DNA of 64,000 bases from an uncultured Desulfatitalea sp. (GCA_963668675.2 CAXXMB010000002.1:416001-480000), one strand, 5' to 3'. Positions 30,449-41,547 are shown, counted from the stretch's first letter. The notes: a model not told the origin generated them from the letters alone. Program-made: numbers and translations.

Positions 30449-31778
30449 CATTAGTGTCCGGTTAAGGAGGCGCAAAAATCTCATAAGCGACTGTATTAAA
30501 TAAAATTTCATACCATTTATAACGGGCAACCCCTTGATTTTGGATTTTAAGCCAAGTAGAGCCCTTCGCATGACTTAGATGCGAAGGGAGATACTCATGT
30601 ATCAAGGGAGAACCGTTTTTTCACAAGTATTGGACTTTCTACCACGGAAAAGTTTTCGTACTTGTGTCAAGCGATATAGCGGCAATTACAGAATTCGTTC
30701 TTTTACATGCTACGAGCAGTTTCTTTGTATGGCATTTGCGCAACTGACTTATCGTGAAAGTCTTCGCGATACGGTTCTTTGTCTAAGGGCAGTGCACAAC
30801 AAGCTTCATAACATCGGAATTCAGTGTAAGGTTGCCAAGAGTACTCTTGCTGATGCCAATGAAAAACGTGATTGGCGTATATACTGTGACTTCGCTCAGG
30901 TTCTAATAGAACAGGCCCGAAAACTTTATGCCGGCGACGATTTCGGACTCCAGCTTGACGAGACGGTATATGCCCTGGATGCATCCACAATCGATCTATG
31001 CCGATCAGTCTTTCAATGGGCGCGATTTCGGACCACCAAAAGCGGGATAAAAGTTCACACGCTGCTTGACCTCAGGGGCAACATTCCGTCTTTAGTATCC
31101 ATAACCGATGCCAAGGTTCATGATGTCAATGTTTTGGATGAACTGCTACCGGAGCCTGGCTCAATATATGTCATGGATAGAGCCTATCTTGATTTCGAAA
31201 GGCTTTACCGCATGCATCGGGGGTTGGCTTTTTTTATTCTTAGAACAAAAGTCAACACCAAACTCAGGCGATTATACTCTGCGCCTGTGGATAAAAGCAC
31301 CGGCGTAATTTGTGATCAAACCGTACTTCCGGTCGTGTATCAATCTGCCATTGCCTATCCGGAGAAGCTGAGACGGATCAAGTATTTCGACGTTGAAACC
31401 AAAAAGCGCCTGACTTTTTTAACAAATCATTTCGAACTTGAGGCCCGAACCGTAGCCGATTTATACAAGTGCCGCTGGCAAGTTGAACTGTTCTTTAAAT
31501 GGGTCAAACAGCATCTACGGATAAAGAAGTTCTTCGGCATCTCAGAGACCGCGGTAAAAACACAAATCTGGATTGCCATATCCATTTATGTGCTGGTTGC
31601 CATCATGAAAAAGAATTTATCGCTTGACTATAGCCTTTACACAATTTTACAGGTTTGAGTATCTCTCTTTTTGAGAAAACCCATATTTCAAGGCTATTCA
31701 CAGAGAGCGATTACAATAACAAATTTACTACCGGCCATATCCATTTGAATTTATTTGGTTCTTAACCGGACACTAATG
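30449..31778 (+). mobile_element. IS4-family insertion sequence
   Basis: Perfect 18-bp TIR CATTAGTGTCCGGTTAAG; 9-bp target duplication ATATGATAG at 30440-30448 and 31779-31787. Confidence 0.93.
30597..31765 (+). pseudogene. IS4-family DDE transposase with a 1-nt frameshift near 31653-31656
   Basis: ALDAST, VMDRAY, YKCRWQVELFFK; stop at 31658, while the expected tail LSISLFEK...LNLFGS continues in a shifted frame. Confidence 0.8.
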
Positions 31779-31980
31779 ATATGATAGAAAAAATTATTAT
31801 GAGATTTCTCCCTAAATTAAGGGTAATCTCTCAAGAACAAACCTTTTACCCGGGCACAATATTAAGTGATACTTTATAGTTCTTCTTCGAATTTCCTGAC
31901 AGCAAGAGCATTATAATAGAGATTTTTGATAGGCTTGTTTCGGGGTACTTGAAAATCGGCAATAGGGAGAAAGTAATAAA

Positions 31981-33108
31981 ATGCGATTCTTCAATGCATA
32001 TTCTATCTGCCAGAGAAAAGCTTATACCATTCTATCTATGCTTTTATTTGTATGCATTCCGGATCCTTCATATGCGAGCAAGGCTTATTTAGATATACTC
32101 TCTAATCCAGAAGGAGTCAAAGTATACATAAACGGAAAATATATCGGTGCAACTCCAATAACAGGAGTCGAAACTAAAACAAAAAAATTCAATCTAAGGG
32201 CAATAAAAGAGGGATATGGTGAATTTAACAAAGATTTTGTTGTAGCCCCAAACGAGTTTAAATCTATCAGAATAAAATTGAAGTCAGTGAGAGAATCATC
32301 CGGGAAGGTTGAGGAAGAAGTATGGCTAGAACAAGATACTGGTGCGCTGATGGTCATAAATCAGATAGGGCCAAAAGCTGTATATCTCGACGGAATGAAA
32401 ATGGGCACCGGTTCTATTAAAATTGATAATATTACGACAGGTAATCATAGCATTACTGTTGGAAATCTAAATTGTAAAATACTTATCTACAAAAACTACA
32501 TTTTAAAAGTAAAAATACATAAAGAAGGTGTTACTATCCTAAATGATCTCAAAAACATAGAGTATGTAAAAGAAAATAACACAATGGTGTTAGAGATGAT
32601 TATAGGGTACATTGAAAAGAATGGTAGATGGGTGAAAGGAATAAATTTTGAGAAAGTACAAAAAAGCAAGAGTATATCAATTGAAGAATTCATTAAAGAA
32701 TTAGTTGACGGAAAAGGGAGAAAGTTTCAGCTAAGAATAGAACGAAAAGTAACAGGGCCGCATAAATTGGAGAAAAGACCAAATAATAGGAGATATTCAT
32801 ATAACGATAATAAATTTAACTATTCAATTTATATAAATGATAAGAAAATTACCGAAATAGAAAGACAATTTAAGCAAGAATCCTTACAAAGTAGTTATGG
32901 GAACATTATAAAGTGGTATAAGAAACCAAAATCCAATAGCCCCATCTCTGATTCTTATAAGGAATATCCTATCGAACTTTCAATTAGTACAATCGACACA
33001 GATATAAATGATGTAAAAATGGGGGGGGCAATTGGATATAACTTAGGTGTCGTAGCTAAGATAGCACCGCTTGAAGAAGCTTTTGAATCAAGCAGTTGTT
33101 CTTATTAG
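31981..33108 (+). CDS. Exported PEGA-domain protein (AT-rich)
   Basis: Signal-like N-terminus; ILSNPEGVKVYINGKYIGATP...KEGY PEGA motif. Confidence 0.8.
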   Translation: MRFFNAYSICQRKAYTILSMLLFVCIPDPSYASKAYLDILSNPEGVKVYINGKYIGATPITGVETKTKKFNLRAIKEGYGEFNKDFVVAPNEFKSIRIKLKSVRESSGKVEEEVWLEQDTGALMVINQIGPKAVYLDGMKMGTGSIKIDNITTGNHSITVGNLNCKILIYKNYILKVKIHKEGVTILNDLKNIEYVKENNTMVLEMIIGYIEKNGRWVKGINFEKVQKSKSISIEEFIKELVDGKGRKFQLRIERKVTGPHKLEKRPNNRRYSYNDNKFNYSIYINDKKITEIERQFKQESLQSSYGNIIKWYKKPKSNSPISDSYKEYPIELSISTIDTDINDVKMGGAIGYNLGVVAKIAPLEEAFESSSCSY

Positions 33109-33612
33109 GACTTATATCCCAAAAAAAGCGCAAGGTGTAACCGGATCTGCCATAGCCCTATGATAGCATTTTTCTAAAACCAAGAAGGATGCGATGGATA
33201 TCAATCAATTTAGAAAGCATTTTACAGATTAGGTAAATTGGCTGGGTTCTCTCATAAAAGCGCATGGAAGCTGGGCCATGCCACCAGAAAGATGATGGAC
33301 CCGGGGAAGGCACTTTTGCCGGCACTTAAAGGTATCGTTAGATTGGATAAAAAATATGGGCGGAAAACCGCGGGATGACGAACAAAAATAAATGAAGAGA
33401 TTTTCTCTGATAGAAAAATGATTAATCAATACTGAAAAAGTCATTTAATGGGTTTGGAACTTGCTTAATAAACCAGATACTGGGATGGATAATTTTCGTG
33501 AACTCAATTCAGAATTCTTTTTTGTGTAATTGCTTTAATTTAATGGTTGTTATTACAGAAAAATTGCTGATTATTAAGAAATTTTTATGATAGAGATCGA
33601 TATTTTTTATCA

Positions 33613-33981
33613 ATGAAACGATTACCAATTACGATTTACAAAAAAAGCAACTTTACTGAAATATATATGCCGAAGTTTATGAAGGAGCTAAATTTAACAA
33701 GTATCCATTGTAAAGCACATAATGTTGTTGGCAAAGTAAATAAAAGATGCAGCATATATCAAAACAAACTTGGGTATAGAGATGTCGATTATCGCCCACT
33801 AATAAATTATTGGTTTAAAAATGTTGATGAAGCCTTTGAAAAAAATAAAAGCAAAGAAGAAGTATCTAAAGCTATAAAAAGAATAGAAACAAAGATAAAC
33901 GCACTTCAGGAGACTTCATGTAAACGACTTCACTATTTTTATATTTTATATTTCAAAAAGATTTATGATGAACCCATATAA
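33613..33981 (+). CDS. Hypothetical protein (AT-rich, possibly 5'-truncated)
   Basis: 122-aa ORF in very AT-rich DNA; no recognisable motif. Confidence 0.4.
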   Translation: MKRLPITIYKKSNFTEIYMPKFMKELNLTSIHCKAHNVVGKVNKRCSIYQNKLGYRDVDYRPLINYWFKNVDEAFEKNKSKEEVSKAIKRIETKINALQETSCKRLHYFYILYFKKIYDEPI

Positions 33982-34076
33982 TTCTAATTTATTCTGAGAG
34001 GTTTTGATTCCATATTGTCAAGAAGAACAGGCGTCAAAAGGAAAGTTATAATTTTATGGGCCCTTGCCCTTAGTCC

Positions 34077-34505
34077 CTACATGTTATCGAGAGAACTTCG
34101 CCTAAATTCGAAAACCACTTGTTTAATATCACCGCTCTTGACGTAGAATCTATTAGATTCCTTTGTTGCCCAGCGCGGCACGCGACCAACAAAAAACCAT
34201 GTTCCCCCATAATGTATTTTGACTTTAACAACATAACCTCCAGGGGATACATTAAATGCAGTTTCGTATATATCGTTGAAAATATCATCTTTTAATGCCA
34301 ATTGGTCATTTAGAAAGATTTTAATCGTCCCTTCAGCATCCGATATCATACCTTCTTTAAGCAATCCTACTGCATCGATTTTTATTTTTATTGTTCCAGG
34401 ATTGGAACTCACTTGATCTTGGGCGACGTATACGCCCTCATGAGATGCACCACACCCATTCATTAAAGCAAATAATATAGCTATAAGCACAATAAATTTT
34501 TTCAT
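34077..34505 (-). CDS. Hypothetical lipoprotein
   Basis: AAGGAG RBS; MKKFIVLIAILFALMNGC lipoprotein signal. Confidence 0.75.
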   Translation of the reverse strand: MKKFIVLIAILFALMNGCGASHEGVYVAQDQVSSNPGTIKIKIDAVGLLKEGMISDAEGTIKIFLNDQLALKDDIFNDIYETAFNVSPGGYVVKVKIHYGGTWFFVGRVPRWATKESNRFYVKSGDIKQVVFEFRRSSLDNM

Positions 34506-34630
34506 AAATAACTACTCCTTGCCAAAATTTAATCATTTTAAAGCATACGTTATTTGACCGACGGATTCGAGACGCACTAACAACACTTTTTACACCCGTT
34601 TAAAAGCAAGCTCAAGACCGGGTGTCCAGA

Positions 34631-34779
34631 TCATTTTTCATAGGCCTTCATTCGGGATTCTTCAGTTTTGTATCCGGACATCACAATGACAGAAGGGCCT
34701 TTGCTTGATATTACAAGTTCCGCAAAATCCAGACCATTTAAGCCAGATTGATTAATCCCGGTAACGATGCAGTCATAGC
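34631..34779 (-). pseudogene. Response-regulator receiver-domain remnant truncated by IS21
   Basis: YDCIVTGINQSGLNGLDFAE...VIVMSGY resembles a REC domain with the phospho-Asp lost; abuts the IS21 end. Confidence 0.6.
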
Positions 34780-34838
34780 TGTAGATGGTCGTATTAAAGT
34801 GAGCCAATAATGGTCGTTTAAAACTGAGCCACCAGGGG

Positions 34839-36221
34839 ATGGTCCAGGGGTCCCCCTGGGCCGATCCCCGGGTTAGCGGCACCCGTGGTGTTTATTATGG
34901 GATTAGCCATATCACCATAATCAAAACACCACAGGAGGCCGCATTCAAAACCAAGGAGACCATTTTGGATATTATCACTTTGTACAGACGCGGGCTTACG
35001 CAGCGCGCCATCGCCAGAAAGCTGGGGATCAGTCGAAATACAGTCAAAAAGTATATCGGTAATCCGGACCTGGTATTTAGGCAAACGCCGGTACGGCCGC
35101 GGAAAAGCCAACTCGACCCTTATGTGGATAACATTAAGGCTTGGATCGAAGAAGACAATGGCTACACGGCTACCTGGGTCTATGACCGGTTGACCCATAT
35201 TGGATTTGCCGGCAGCTACGAGATCGTTAAACGAATGGTTCGGCAACTCAAAGACCGACATCAACGAGTGGCTTATATGCGCTTTGAGACCGAACCGGGC
35301 TACCAGGCCCAGGTGGATTTTGCCGAGTTCCAGGTGGAGCATCCCAGCGGTCGGATCGAAAAATTGTATCTGTTTTCGATGATCCTGGGCTACTCACGAA
35401 AGATATACGCCGAGTTGATACCGCGCTGTGATCTGCCGTCTTTTCTGGACTGTCATATCAATGCCTTTGACTTTTTCGGTGGTGTACCGTCTCAGATCTT
35501 ATACGACCGCATGAAAAACGTCTACATTGGTAGGTTGGCGGGCCACCACCGCTTCAACGCCACATTGATCGGCTTTGCCCTTCATTACGGCTTCACTCCT
35601 CAAGTGGCGCCTGCATACGCCGCCTGGGTAAAGGGCAAGGTCGAACGGCCCTACTCGTTTATCCGGGAAGGCTTCTGGCGCGGTTACGGTTACCTTGATT
35701 TGGAGACCGCCAATAATGACTTGATGGCATGGCTCAAACGAAAGGAGCACCGGGTCCATGGTACCACCCATGAGGTGGTGGCACAGCGTTTTGAACGCGA
35801 ATATCCTCATCTGGGACCGTTGCCCCGGCAGCCCTTTGACACCTCCTATCGGGTTTTTCGAAAGGTCCATAAAGATTGTACGATTCGATTCGAAGGCAAC
35901 AGTTTTGTCGTCCCCCATCCTCTGGTGGGCAAGCAACTAATCTTAAGGGTTAAAGATCATGTGATGCGGATCTATGACGATGACCGGTTTGTGGTCATTT
36001 ACCAAATCCCATCGACCAAGGGCAATCTCGTACAGGGCAAACGCTTTTATGAAGCGCTGAGAAACGATCAACAGATGAACCGCCGCAAATACGGCCGTGG
36101 CCAGCCGGGAAAAGGCCGCGCCAAGCACACCATCAGCCCGCGAAAGCCGGCGTATGACATCCCGGTGGATATCCGCCCCATTGAGGCATACGATGATTAT
36201 GTCAGTGAGGTGCGGATATGA
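34839..36221 (+). CDS. istA: IS21 transposase IstA (true start probably near 34940-34955)
   Basis: HTH AIARKLGISRNTVKKY; RFETEPGYQAQVDF; LYDRMK; KGKVER. Confidence 0.92.
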   Translation: MVQGSPWADPRVSGTRGVYYGISHITIIKTPQEAAFKTKETILDIITLYRRGLTQRAIARKLGISRNTVKKYIGNPDLVFRQTPVRPRKSQLDPYVDNIKAWIEEDNGYTATWVYDRLTHIGFAGSYEIVKRMVRQLKDRHQRVAYMRFETEPGYQAQVDFAEFQVEHPSGRIEKLYLFSMILGYSRKIYAELIPRCDLPSFLDCHINAFDFFGGVPSQILYDRMKNVYIGRLAGHHRFNATLIGFALHYGFTPQVAPAYAAWVKGKVERPYSFIREGFWRGYGYLDLETANNDLMAWLKRKEHRVHGTTHEVVAQRFEREYPHLGPLPRQPFDTSYRVFRKVHKDCTIRFEGNSFVVPHPLVGKQLILRVKDHVMRIYDDDRFVVIYQIPSTKGNLVQGKRFYEALRNDQQMNRRKYGRGQPGKGRAKHTISPRKPAYDIPVDIRPIEAYDDYVSEVRI

Positions 36222-36357
36222 GGGAAGCACTCTTGGCCGATAGAATTGAATCGAACCTGAACCGGCTGCGGCTTCCGCGCATACGCGACATCCTGGAGCG
36301 CACCATTGCCTCTGCGGAACAAAACGGTTCGAGTTATCTGTCCTTTTTGGACGAACT
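36131..36357 (+). repeat. 227-bp direct repeat, copy 1 (istA 3' end + istB 5' end)
   Basis: Matches 38803-39029 on the other side of IS66. Confidence 0.9.
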
Positions 36358-36385
36358 GTAAGCGTCAAAGGAAGTACACCTGCAG

Positions 36386-37978
36386 CTATACGCGTGATGA
36401 GCTGATCAGTTCAGGATCGATATTCTGAGGTAGCAGGTTGCGATAACCATCTTGATTTTTGACAAGCGGAAGATTTTCAAACAAACAGCGAAGATAAGAA
36501 TAAGGCTCCAGCCCATTGGCCTTGGCGGTTTCAATCAGGGTAAAAAACGTTGCTGCGGCATCAGCCCCATTGGGTGCACCGGCAAATAGCCAATTTTTTC
36601 TTCCTACAACGAATGGGCGGATGGCATTTTCGGCAGCGTTGTTGTCAGGTTTATAATGCCCATCTTCGATATACACAGCCAGCTTGGACCAGTTGCGGAG
36701 GCTATAGTTGATCGCGATGCCCAAAAGCCCTTTCGGAGGTGTTAACGGCTGCGTCTTTTCCAGCCACTTTTCAAACGCATCCAGGATCGGCTTGGCTTTC
36801 TCCTGGCGAAGGGCATGGACCTGCTCCGGTGACATCTGTTGATCCCGAGCGAACCTTTCAACTTTGTACAATAGGCCGATGTACTCCAACGCCTCATCTG
36901 CCAGGGTTTGGGTATCGGCCCGGTTGCCCCGGTTTTTTTTACGGGCCTTGATCACCTCGGCGAACTTGCGACGGGCATGCGCCCAGCATCCCATGTGTAC
37001 GATGCCGGTCTTTTTGCCCAGGTAGTCATAGCCATCATAATCGTCGCTTTGGATCGTGCCTTTGTAATCATCCAAAAACGTCAAGGCTACTTTACCGCTG
37101 CGGGTGGGATGATACCGGTACAACACGCTCGGCCGATCGTATTGCCCACCGCAAAAGACCCACATGTAAGATTTACTGGTGTTGGCCCGGCCGGGCTCTT
37201 TTAAGACCTGAAGCGGCGTTTCGTCCATCTGGATCAAGGGGCCCTCCCGGATCTGTTGCTCGACCAATTCGATCAGGGGGCTGCATCGCCGGGCTGCCTG
37301 CACCAGCCAATTGGCCATGGTGGCACGCGACAGATCCACACCCAAGCGGGCAAACATCTTTTGCTGACGGTAAAGCGGCAGGGCGTCAGCAAACTTGGAC
37401 ACGGCAATGTGCGCCAAAAGCCCTTCGGTGACCATCGACTTTTCGATCAGCTGCACCGGGGCCGGCGCGATCTTTACCGTGGGACCGTCATCTTCAACGC
37501 CCTCACAACTTTTGCAGGCGTATTTGTACCGGACATGGCGTATCACCTGAACCTTGGCCGGTATATAGTCGAGCTTTTCGCAGGTCTCTTGTCCGATGCG
37601 GCTCAGCTTGGCGCCGCAAGCGCACATCTTTTGATCTTCGGGCAGATCGTGGATGACCTCGACGCGCGGCAGATCCTCGGGCAACGGTTTGCGACCGCGC
37701 TTGCGCCGCTTGTGGGCAGGAACAACGATCGTGTCCTGTGATGTTGGGACTGGATCGGGCGTATCGTCCAGTTGACCAAAAATCGGCATTTGGCGGTTAT
37801 CGCCCTGGCGGCGCTGTTCACTCTTTTTCCCAAACAGCTCGTTTTGCAACAATCGGATGCGCTCTTCCAGGTAATGGATCTTTTCCTGGTACTTTTGATC
37901 GATGGCTTCGATAAAAGAAGCAATGTCTTGCTTGGATAAGCGAACATCATCAGGCAGGCTGGACAGGTCCGATTTCAT
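36386..37978 (-). CDS. IS66 transposase TnpC
   Basis: GRKPLPEDLPR, Zn finger, MDETP, CWAHARRKF, DNNAAENAIRPFVVGRKNWLF. Confidence 0.95.
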   Translation of the reverse strand: MKSDLSSLPDDVRLSKQDIASFIEAIDQKYQEKIHYLEERIRLLQNELFGKKSEQRRQGDNRQMPIFGQLDDTPDPVPTSQDTIVVPAHKRRKRGRKPLPEDLPRVEVIHDLPEDQKMCACGAKLSRIGQETCEKLDYIPAKVQVIRHVRYKYACKSCEGVEDDGPTVKIAPAPVQLIEKSMVTEGLLAHIAVSKFADALPLYRQQKMFARLGVDLSRATMANWLVQAARRCSPLIELVEQQIREGPLIQMDETPLQVLKEPGRANTSKSYMWVFCGGQYDRPSVLYRYHPTRSGKVALTFLDDYKGTIQSDDYDGYDYLGKKTGIVHMGCWAHARRKFAEVIKARKKNRGNRADTQTLADEALEYIGLLYKVERFARDQQMSPEQVHALRQEKAKPILDAFEKWLEKTQPLTPPKGLLGIAINYSLRNWSKLAVYIEDGHYKPDNNAAENAIRPFVVGRKNWLFAGAPNGADAAATFFTLIETAKANGLEPYSYLRCLFENLPLVKNQDGYRNLLPQNIDPELISSSRV

Positions 37979-38042
37979 GCCTGCGTGTATAGCATAACCG
38001 GCCGTTATTTTGAAGGGAATTTCTTAAAAAGAAGTAAAATAT

Positions 38043-38390
38043 TTATGCTACCGCAGAGTAGTATAATTGCTCGTGGGCACTAGTAAAGTCCAGGCCCGCC
38101 AGAAGCCAGTTCAACTGTTTAGCGCCGATGGTCACCACCTCGTCAACTGATATCGGCCATTTGAAGCGATGCTTTTCAAGACGCTTGAGCCACAGACAAA
38201 AACCGTTGTGGTCCCAGTACAGGATCTTGATGATGGTGCGCGCCCGATTGCAAAACACGAACAGATCCCCTGAAAAGGGGTTTAACGACATGTCCTGCTC
38301 GACCATGATCGAAAGCCCGTTGATGGCCTTTCTCATATCGGTGTGCCCGACGGCGAGAAATACGCGCTGAGTGTTTTGCGGCAGCATCAT
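38043..38390 (-). CDS. IS66 accessory protein TnpB (Orf2)
   Basis: TDMRKAINGL, LFVFCNR, KILYWDHNGFCLWLKRLE. Confidence 0.93.
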   Translation of the reverse strand: MMLPQNTQRVFLAVGHTDMRKAINGLSIMVEQDMSLNPFSGDLFVFCNRARTIIKILYWDHNGFCLWLKRLEKHRFKWPISVDEVVTIGAKQLNWLLAGLDFTSAHEQLYYSAVA

Positions 38391-38719
38391 AGCACCTTGA
38401 TCGTTGCGATGAGTTGTCGCAGCACATGCGGATCGAAGTTGCCGGGGACATCGATACAAAACCCGTTGGGGGTGTGCAATTTCAATGTTGCCTGATGAAC
38501 CGGCACGGGAAGATGGGATGCCACTTTCAGCGGTACGAATGAGATGCTCTGCTCGGTTTTTGACAAGCGGTTTTTCCAGTAGCTCATCTGGTATTGCTTG
38601 ATCCCGTGCTCCTGGCAATAGGCTGCTTGCTTCAAACCACTTTGTTGCCAGGCGTTAATGTGGTGTTGCCAATACTTGCGCTTTTGTTTGCGAGTTTTGT
38701 TCGAACTGGTGGTGCTCAT
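38387..38719 (-). CDS. IS66 accessory protein TnpA (Orf1)
   Basis: WQQSGLKQAAYCQEHGI...SYWK HTH. Confidence 0.9.
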   Translation of the reverse strand: MSTTSSNKTRKQKRKYWQHHINAWQQSGLKQAAYCQEHGIKQYQMSYWKNRLSKTEQSISFVPLKVASHLPVPVHQATLKLHTPNGFCIDVPGNFDPHVLRQLIATIKVL

Positions 38720-38802
38720 CTGTGCGCCTCCTTATCGGAAATTTTGGCGCACTATGGCATGGCTGCTATCGTTTGAGAAGATGGGGTTAATTGAACCCTT
38801 AC

Positions 38803-39029
38803 CATCAGCCCGCGAAAGCCGGCGTATGACATCCCGGTGGATATCCGCCCCATTGAGGCATACGATGATTATGTCAGTGAGGTGCGGATATGAGGGAAGC
38901 ACTCTTGGCCGATAGAATTGAATCGAACCTGAACCGGCTGCGGCTTCCGCGCATACGCGACATCCTGGAGCGCACCATTGCCTCTGCGGAACAAAACGGT
39001 TCGAGTTATCTGTCCTTTTTGGACGAACT
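38803..39029 (+). repeat. 227-bp direct repeat, copy 2
   Basis: Matches 36131-36357. Confidence 0.9.
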
Positions 39030-39345
39030 GCTTGAAGAAGAGGTTGCGAACAAAGAGCAGCGCCGAATCGAGACCGCTTTGAAAATCTCAGGATTGCCCT
39101 TTATTAAGGGCATCGATGAATTTGATTTTACCTTCCAGCCGAAGCTTGATCGTCAAAAAGTCATGTCGCTGTTCGATCTGACGTTTATCCGTCAAAACGG
39201 CAATGTGATCTTTCTCGGCCCTCCATGCGTTGGCAAAACCCACCTGGCAGTGTCACTTGCGCTCAAGGCCTGTCAGGCAGGGTTGAGCATCTATTTTACG
39301 ACGATGTCGGATTTGATCCTCAAGCTTAAAAAGGATCATGAAGCA
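38890..39345 (+). pseudogene. istB: IS21 helper ATPase IstB, C-terminally truncated
   Basis: FDFTFQP, GPPCVGKTHLA; no Walker B; ORF runs on into antisense tRNA sequence. Confidence 0.85.
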
Positions 39346-39429
39346 CAACGTGTACACCCCCCTCTTTCCGAGCATCAGCCCACAAAAAAAGGGCTCCAAG
39401 ACAACCTCTTGAAACCCTTTGTTTTTATA

Positions 39430-39516
39430 TGGTGCCGGAGGAGAGAATCGAACTCTCAAGGGGTTGCCCCCGGCGGATTTTGAGTCCGCTGCGTTTACCT
39501 ATTTCACCACTCCGGC
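39430..39516 (-). tRNA. tRNA-Leu(CAA)
   Basis: GCCGGAG acceptor stem, GCGGA-CTCAAAA-TCCGC anticodon arm, long variable arm, GTTCGAT T-loop, encoded CCA; 87 nt. Confidence 0.96.
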
Positions 39517-39631
39517 ATGAATTCGGCTTTATAGGCAAAATGGGTTGGATTGTCAACGATCTTGACGGCAAGCCGCTGGTTCTTTTTGGTATTGCCTTTT
39601 CGGTATCGGTGATTCTTGGTGGCGGAGTGCT

Positions 39632-41329
39632 TTAGATTTTGAACTGAGTCACCATGGCATTGAGCTGTTCTGCGAGTTCGGCAAGCTCTTTAGCACTTGA
39701 ATTGACCTGTACGCTTCCGTCGGACATCTCCCGGGTGGTTTGATCTACCTCCTGGACGTCTTTGGCGATGTCTGTGGAGACCGTTGCCATCTGGGCAACG
39801 TTGGTATTGACATCTTGTATGCCTGAAGCCGCCTGATTGACATTGTTGGCAATATCCCTGGTCGACGTTGCCTGTTCTTCGACTGCGGTGGCAATGGTGG
39901 CCACAATCTCATTGATGTCGGTGATCACCTTTTCGATCTGGCTGATCTCTGTTACGCTTCTATCTGTCGAACCTTGAATACCTTCTATTTTTTGGCGAAT
40001 ATCCTGAGTTGCCTCCGCGGTTTGTTTGGCCAGCTCCTTTATTTCGTTTGCGACCACGGCAAATCCTTTGCCGGCTTCGCCGGCCCGAGCAGCCTCGATG
40101 GTAGCATTTAGAGCCAACAAATTGGTTTGCTCGGAAATGTCATTGATCGCTTCGGTGACCTTGCCGACATCCATGGCCGCTTTGCCGAGTTGGGCCACGC
40201 TTGACGATATCGTTTTCACCATGCTAACCGCATCACCGGTGATTGCGCGTCCCTTCTCCGTATTGCCGGCAATCTCGTTGATGGTCGAACTCATCTGCTC
40301 GGATGCAGCCGCCACCATCCGGACATTGTTGGAAGCCTGTTCCGAGGCTGCAGCCACACTGCTCATCGTTCCACTCATCTGATCGGCCGCTGTTGCGACC
40401 TGACCGGTTCTGCTGGAGGTTTTCTCCACGCCGGCCGTCAGCTGCTCAGAGATGGCGGAGAGTTCGGTGGAGGACTCGGTCATCGTGTCGACGCCAAGCA
40501 CGACATCACCGATCATGGCCTTGAGCTGTTCGGACATTTTGTTCAATGATCGCACACATTGCCCTATTTCGTCGTTGGTTTCGACCACCATGGTCTGGGT
40601 GAAATCACCGGTTGCCATGGTTTCGGCAAATGTGGCGGCTTTTTTGATGGGACCGATGATTAATCTGGCCACCACGATCCCCAGCACAATACTGATGACG
40701 GTTCCTGTGAGGGATAGCACCAGGATCAATTTCTGATAAAAGCTTCCTTGGGCAATTACCGATCGGGAAGATCCTTTGATCATCACCAATCCGGCCCCGG
40801 CAATCTTTTCCACATTGGATTCGAACTGATAGATATGATCTTTAAACGGCTTCATCAATTGGTTGCCCTTTTGAGGCGTAATCGATTTGTCGTGTTGAAT
40901 GGTGCTCACAAGTCCCAAAAATCCTGATACATATTGTTTATAAGCGCGTGAAGCGTCGTCCATGGCTGCATAGATGTCATCAGACAGGTGTGAATCGGCC
41001 TTCATATAGACCGCCATGGTCTTCATCTTTTCACTGGTTTTGGCTGAAACCTTCTTGAATTTTTGAATATAGCCGTTCTGCTTTTCAAGGTTTCCGATAT
41101 TGAGAAAAAAATCCTTTTCGTACCTGCGATGTTCAAGCGCCATGTTGCTGAGCTTATCGGCATCTTCCAGGAATTTGATGTCTTCGGTGGATAACGCTTC
41201 GAATGCAGTCATGTTGGCTTTTATGATCCGGTAGCCAAGTCCACCGACAATGCCTGTGATCAGGGAAACCAGGATAAATCCGCCAACCATTTTCTGAAAC
41301 AATGATAGATTGATCTTCACAAATAACAT
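39632..41329 (-). CDS. Methyl-accepting chemotaxis protein
   Basis: Two TM segments, [35 protein letters not shown]. Confidence 0.96.
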   Translation of the reverse strand: MLFVKINLSLFQKMVGGFILVSLITGIVGGLGYRIIKANMTAFEALSTEDIKFLEDADKLSNMALEHRRYEKDFFLNIGNLEKQNGYIQKFKKVSAKTSEKMKTMAVYMKADSHLSDDIYAAMDDASRAYKQYVSGFLGLVSTIQHDKSITPQKGNQLMKPFKDHIYQFESNVEKIAGAGLVMIKGSSRSVIAQGSFYQKLILVLSLTGTVISIVLGIVVARLIIGPIKKAATFAETMATGDFTQTMVVETNDEIGQCVRSLNKMSEQLKAMIGDVVLGVDTMTESSTELSAISEQLTAGVEKTSSRTGQVATAADQMSGTMSSVAAASEQASNNVRMVAAASEQMSSTINEIAGNTEKGRAITGDAVSMVKTISSSVAQLGKAAMDVGKVTEAINDISEQTNLLALNATIEAARAGEAGKGFAVVANEIKELAKQTAEATQDIRQKIEGIQGSTDRSVTEISQIEKVITDINEIVATIATAVEEQATSTRDIANNVNQAASGIQDVNTNVAQMATVSTDIAKDVQEVDQTTREMSDGSVQVNSSAKELAELAEQLNAMVTQFKI

Positions 41330-41519
41330 CCCAATTTAACATACTGATATATTAAACTATTTAAAAAGACGACAAATCCGTATTATTGAAGATTAGGCTG
41401 CACGGTTTCCACAACGGCCATGTACGCGTCATAGTCGAATTAAAAACACCCGTCGGCGGGCGCCATTGCAGATTTTTTGGACGGCGGCCTTTTTCATGCG
41501 CTGCCACACCAAAAAGACT

Positions 41520-41546
41520 ATATCGACACATTCATCGGTAAGTTGA
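41520..41546 (-). promoter_or_regulatory. Putative sigma28 (FliA) promoter for the MCP
   Basis: TCAA-N15-GTCGATAT upstream of a chemoreceptor gene. Confidence 0.55.
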
Positions 41547-41547
41547 T

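Larger units (their letters stand above)
36358..38802 (-). mobile_element. IS66-family insertion sequence
   Basis: Ends GTAAGCGTC... and ...GAACCCTTAC; tnpA-tnpB-tnpC. Confidence 0.92.
34780..39345 (+). mobile_element. IS21-family element, interrupted by IS66 and lacking its right end
   Basis: Left end TGTAGATGG with tandem ATGGTCGT..AA..TGAGCCA repeats; istA-istB order. Confidence 0.85.
29820..39484. mobile_element. Decayed genomic island integrated at tRNA-Leu(CAA); no integrase visible
   Basis: Bounded by tRNA direct repeats; AT-rich cargo and three IS families inside. Confidence 0.8.

Noticed and set aside
31650..31660. TGA ending the IS4 transposase as a Sec codon or programmed frameshift
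   Set aside because: The continuation is in another frame and there is no Cys-equivalent site; simple 1-nt deletion or sequencing error
39345..39483. C-terminal extension of the IstB ORF
   Set aside because: Read-through into terminator-like and antisense tRNA sequence after a deletion junction
41330..41520. c-di-GMP riboswitch in the MCP leader
   Set aside because: Could not match the conserved GEMM motif elements by eye; an Rfam/Infernal scan would settle it
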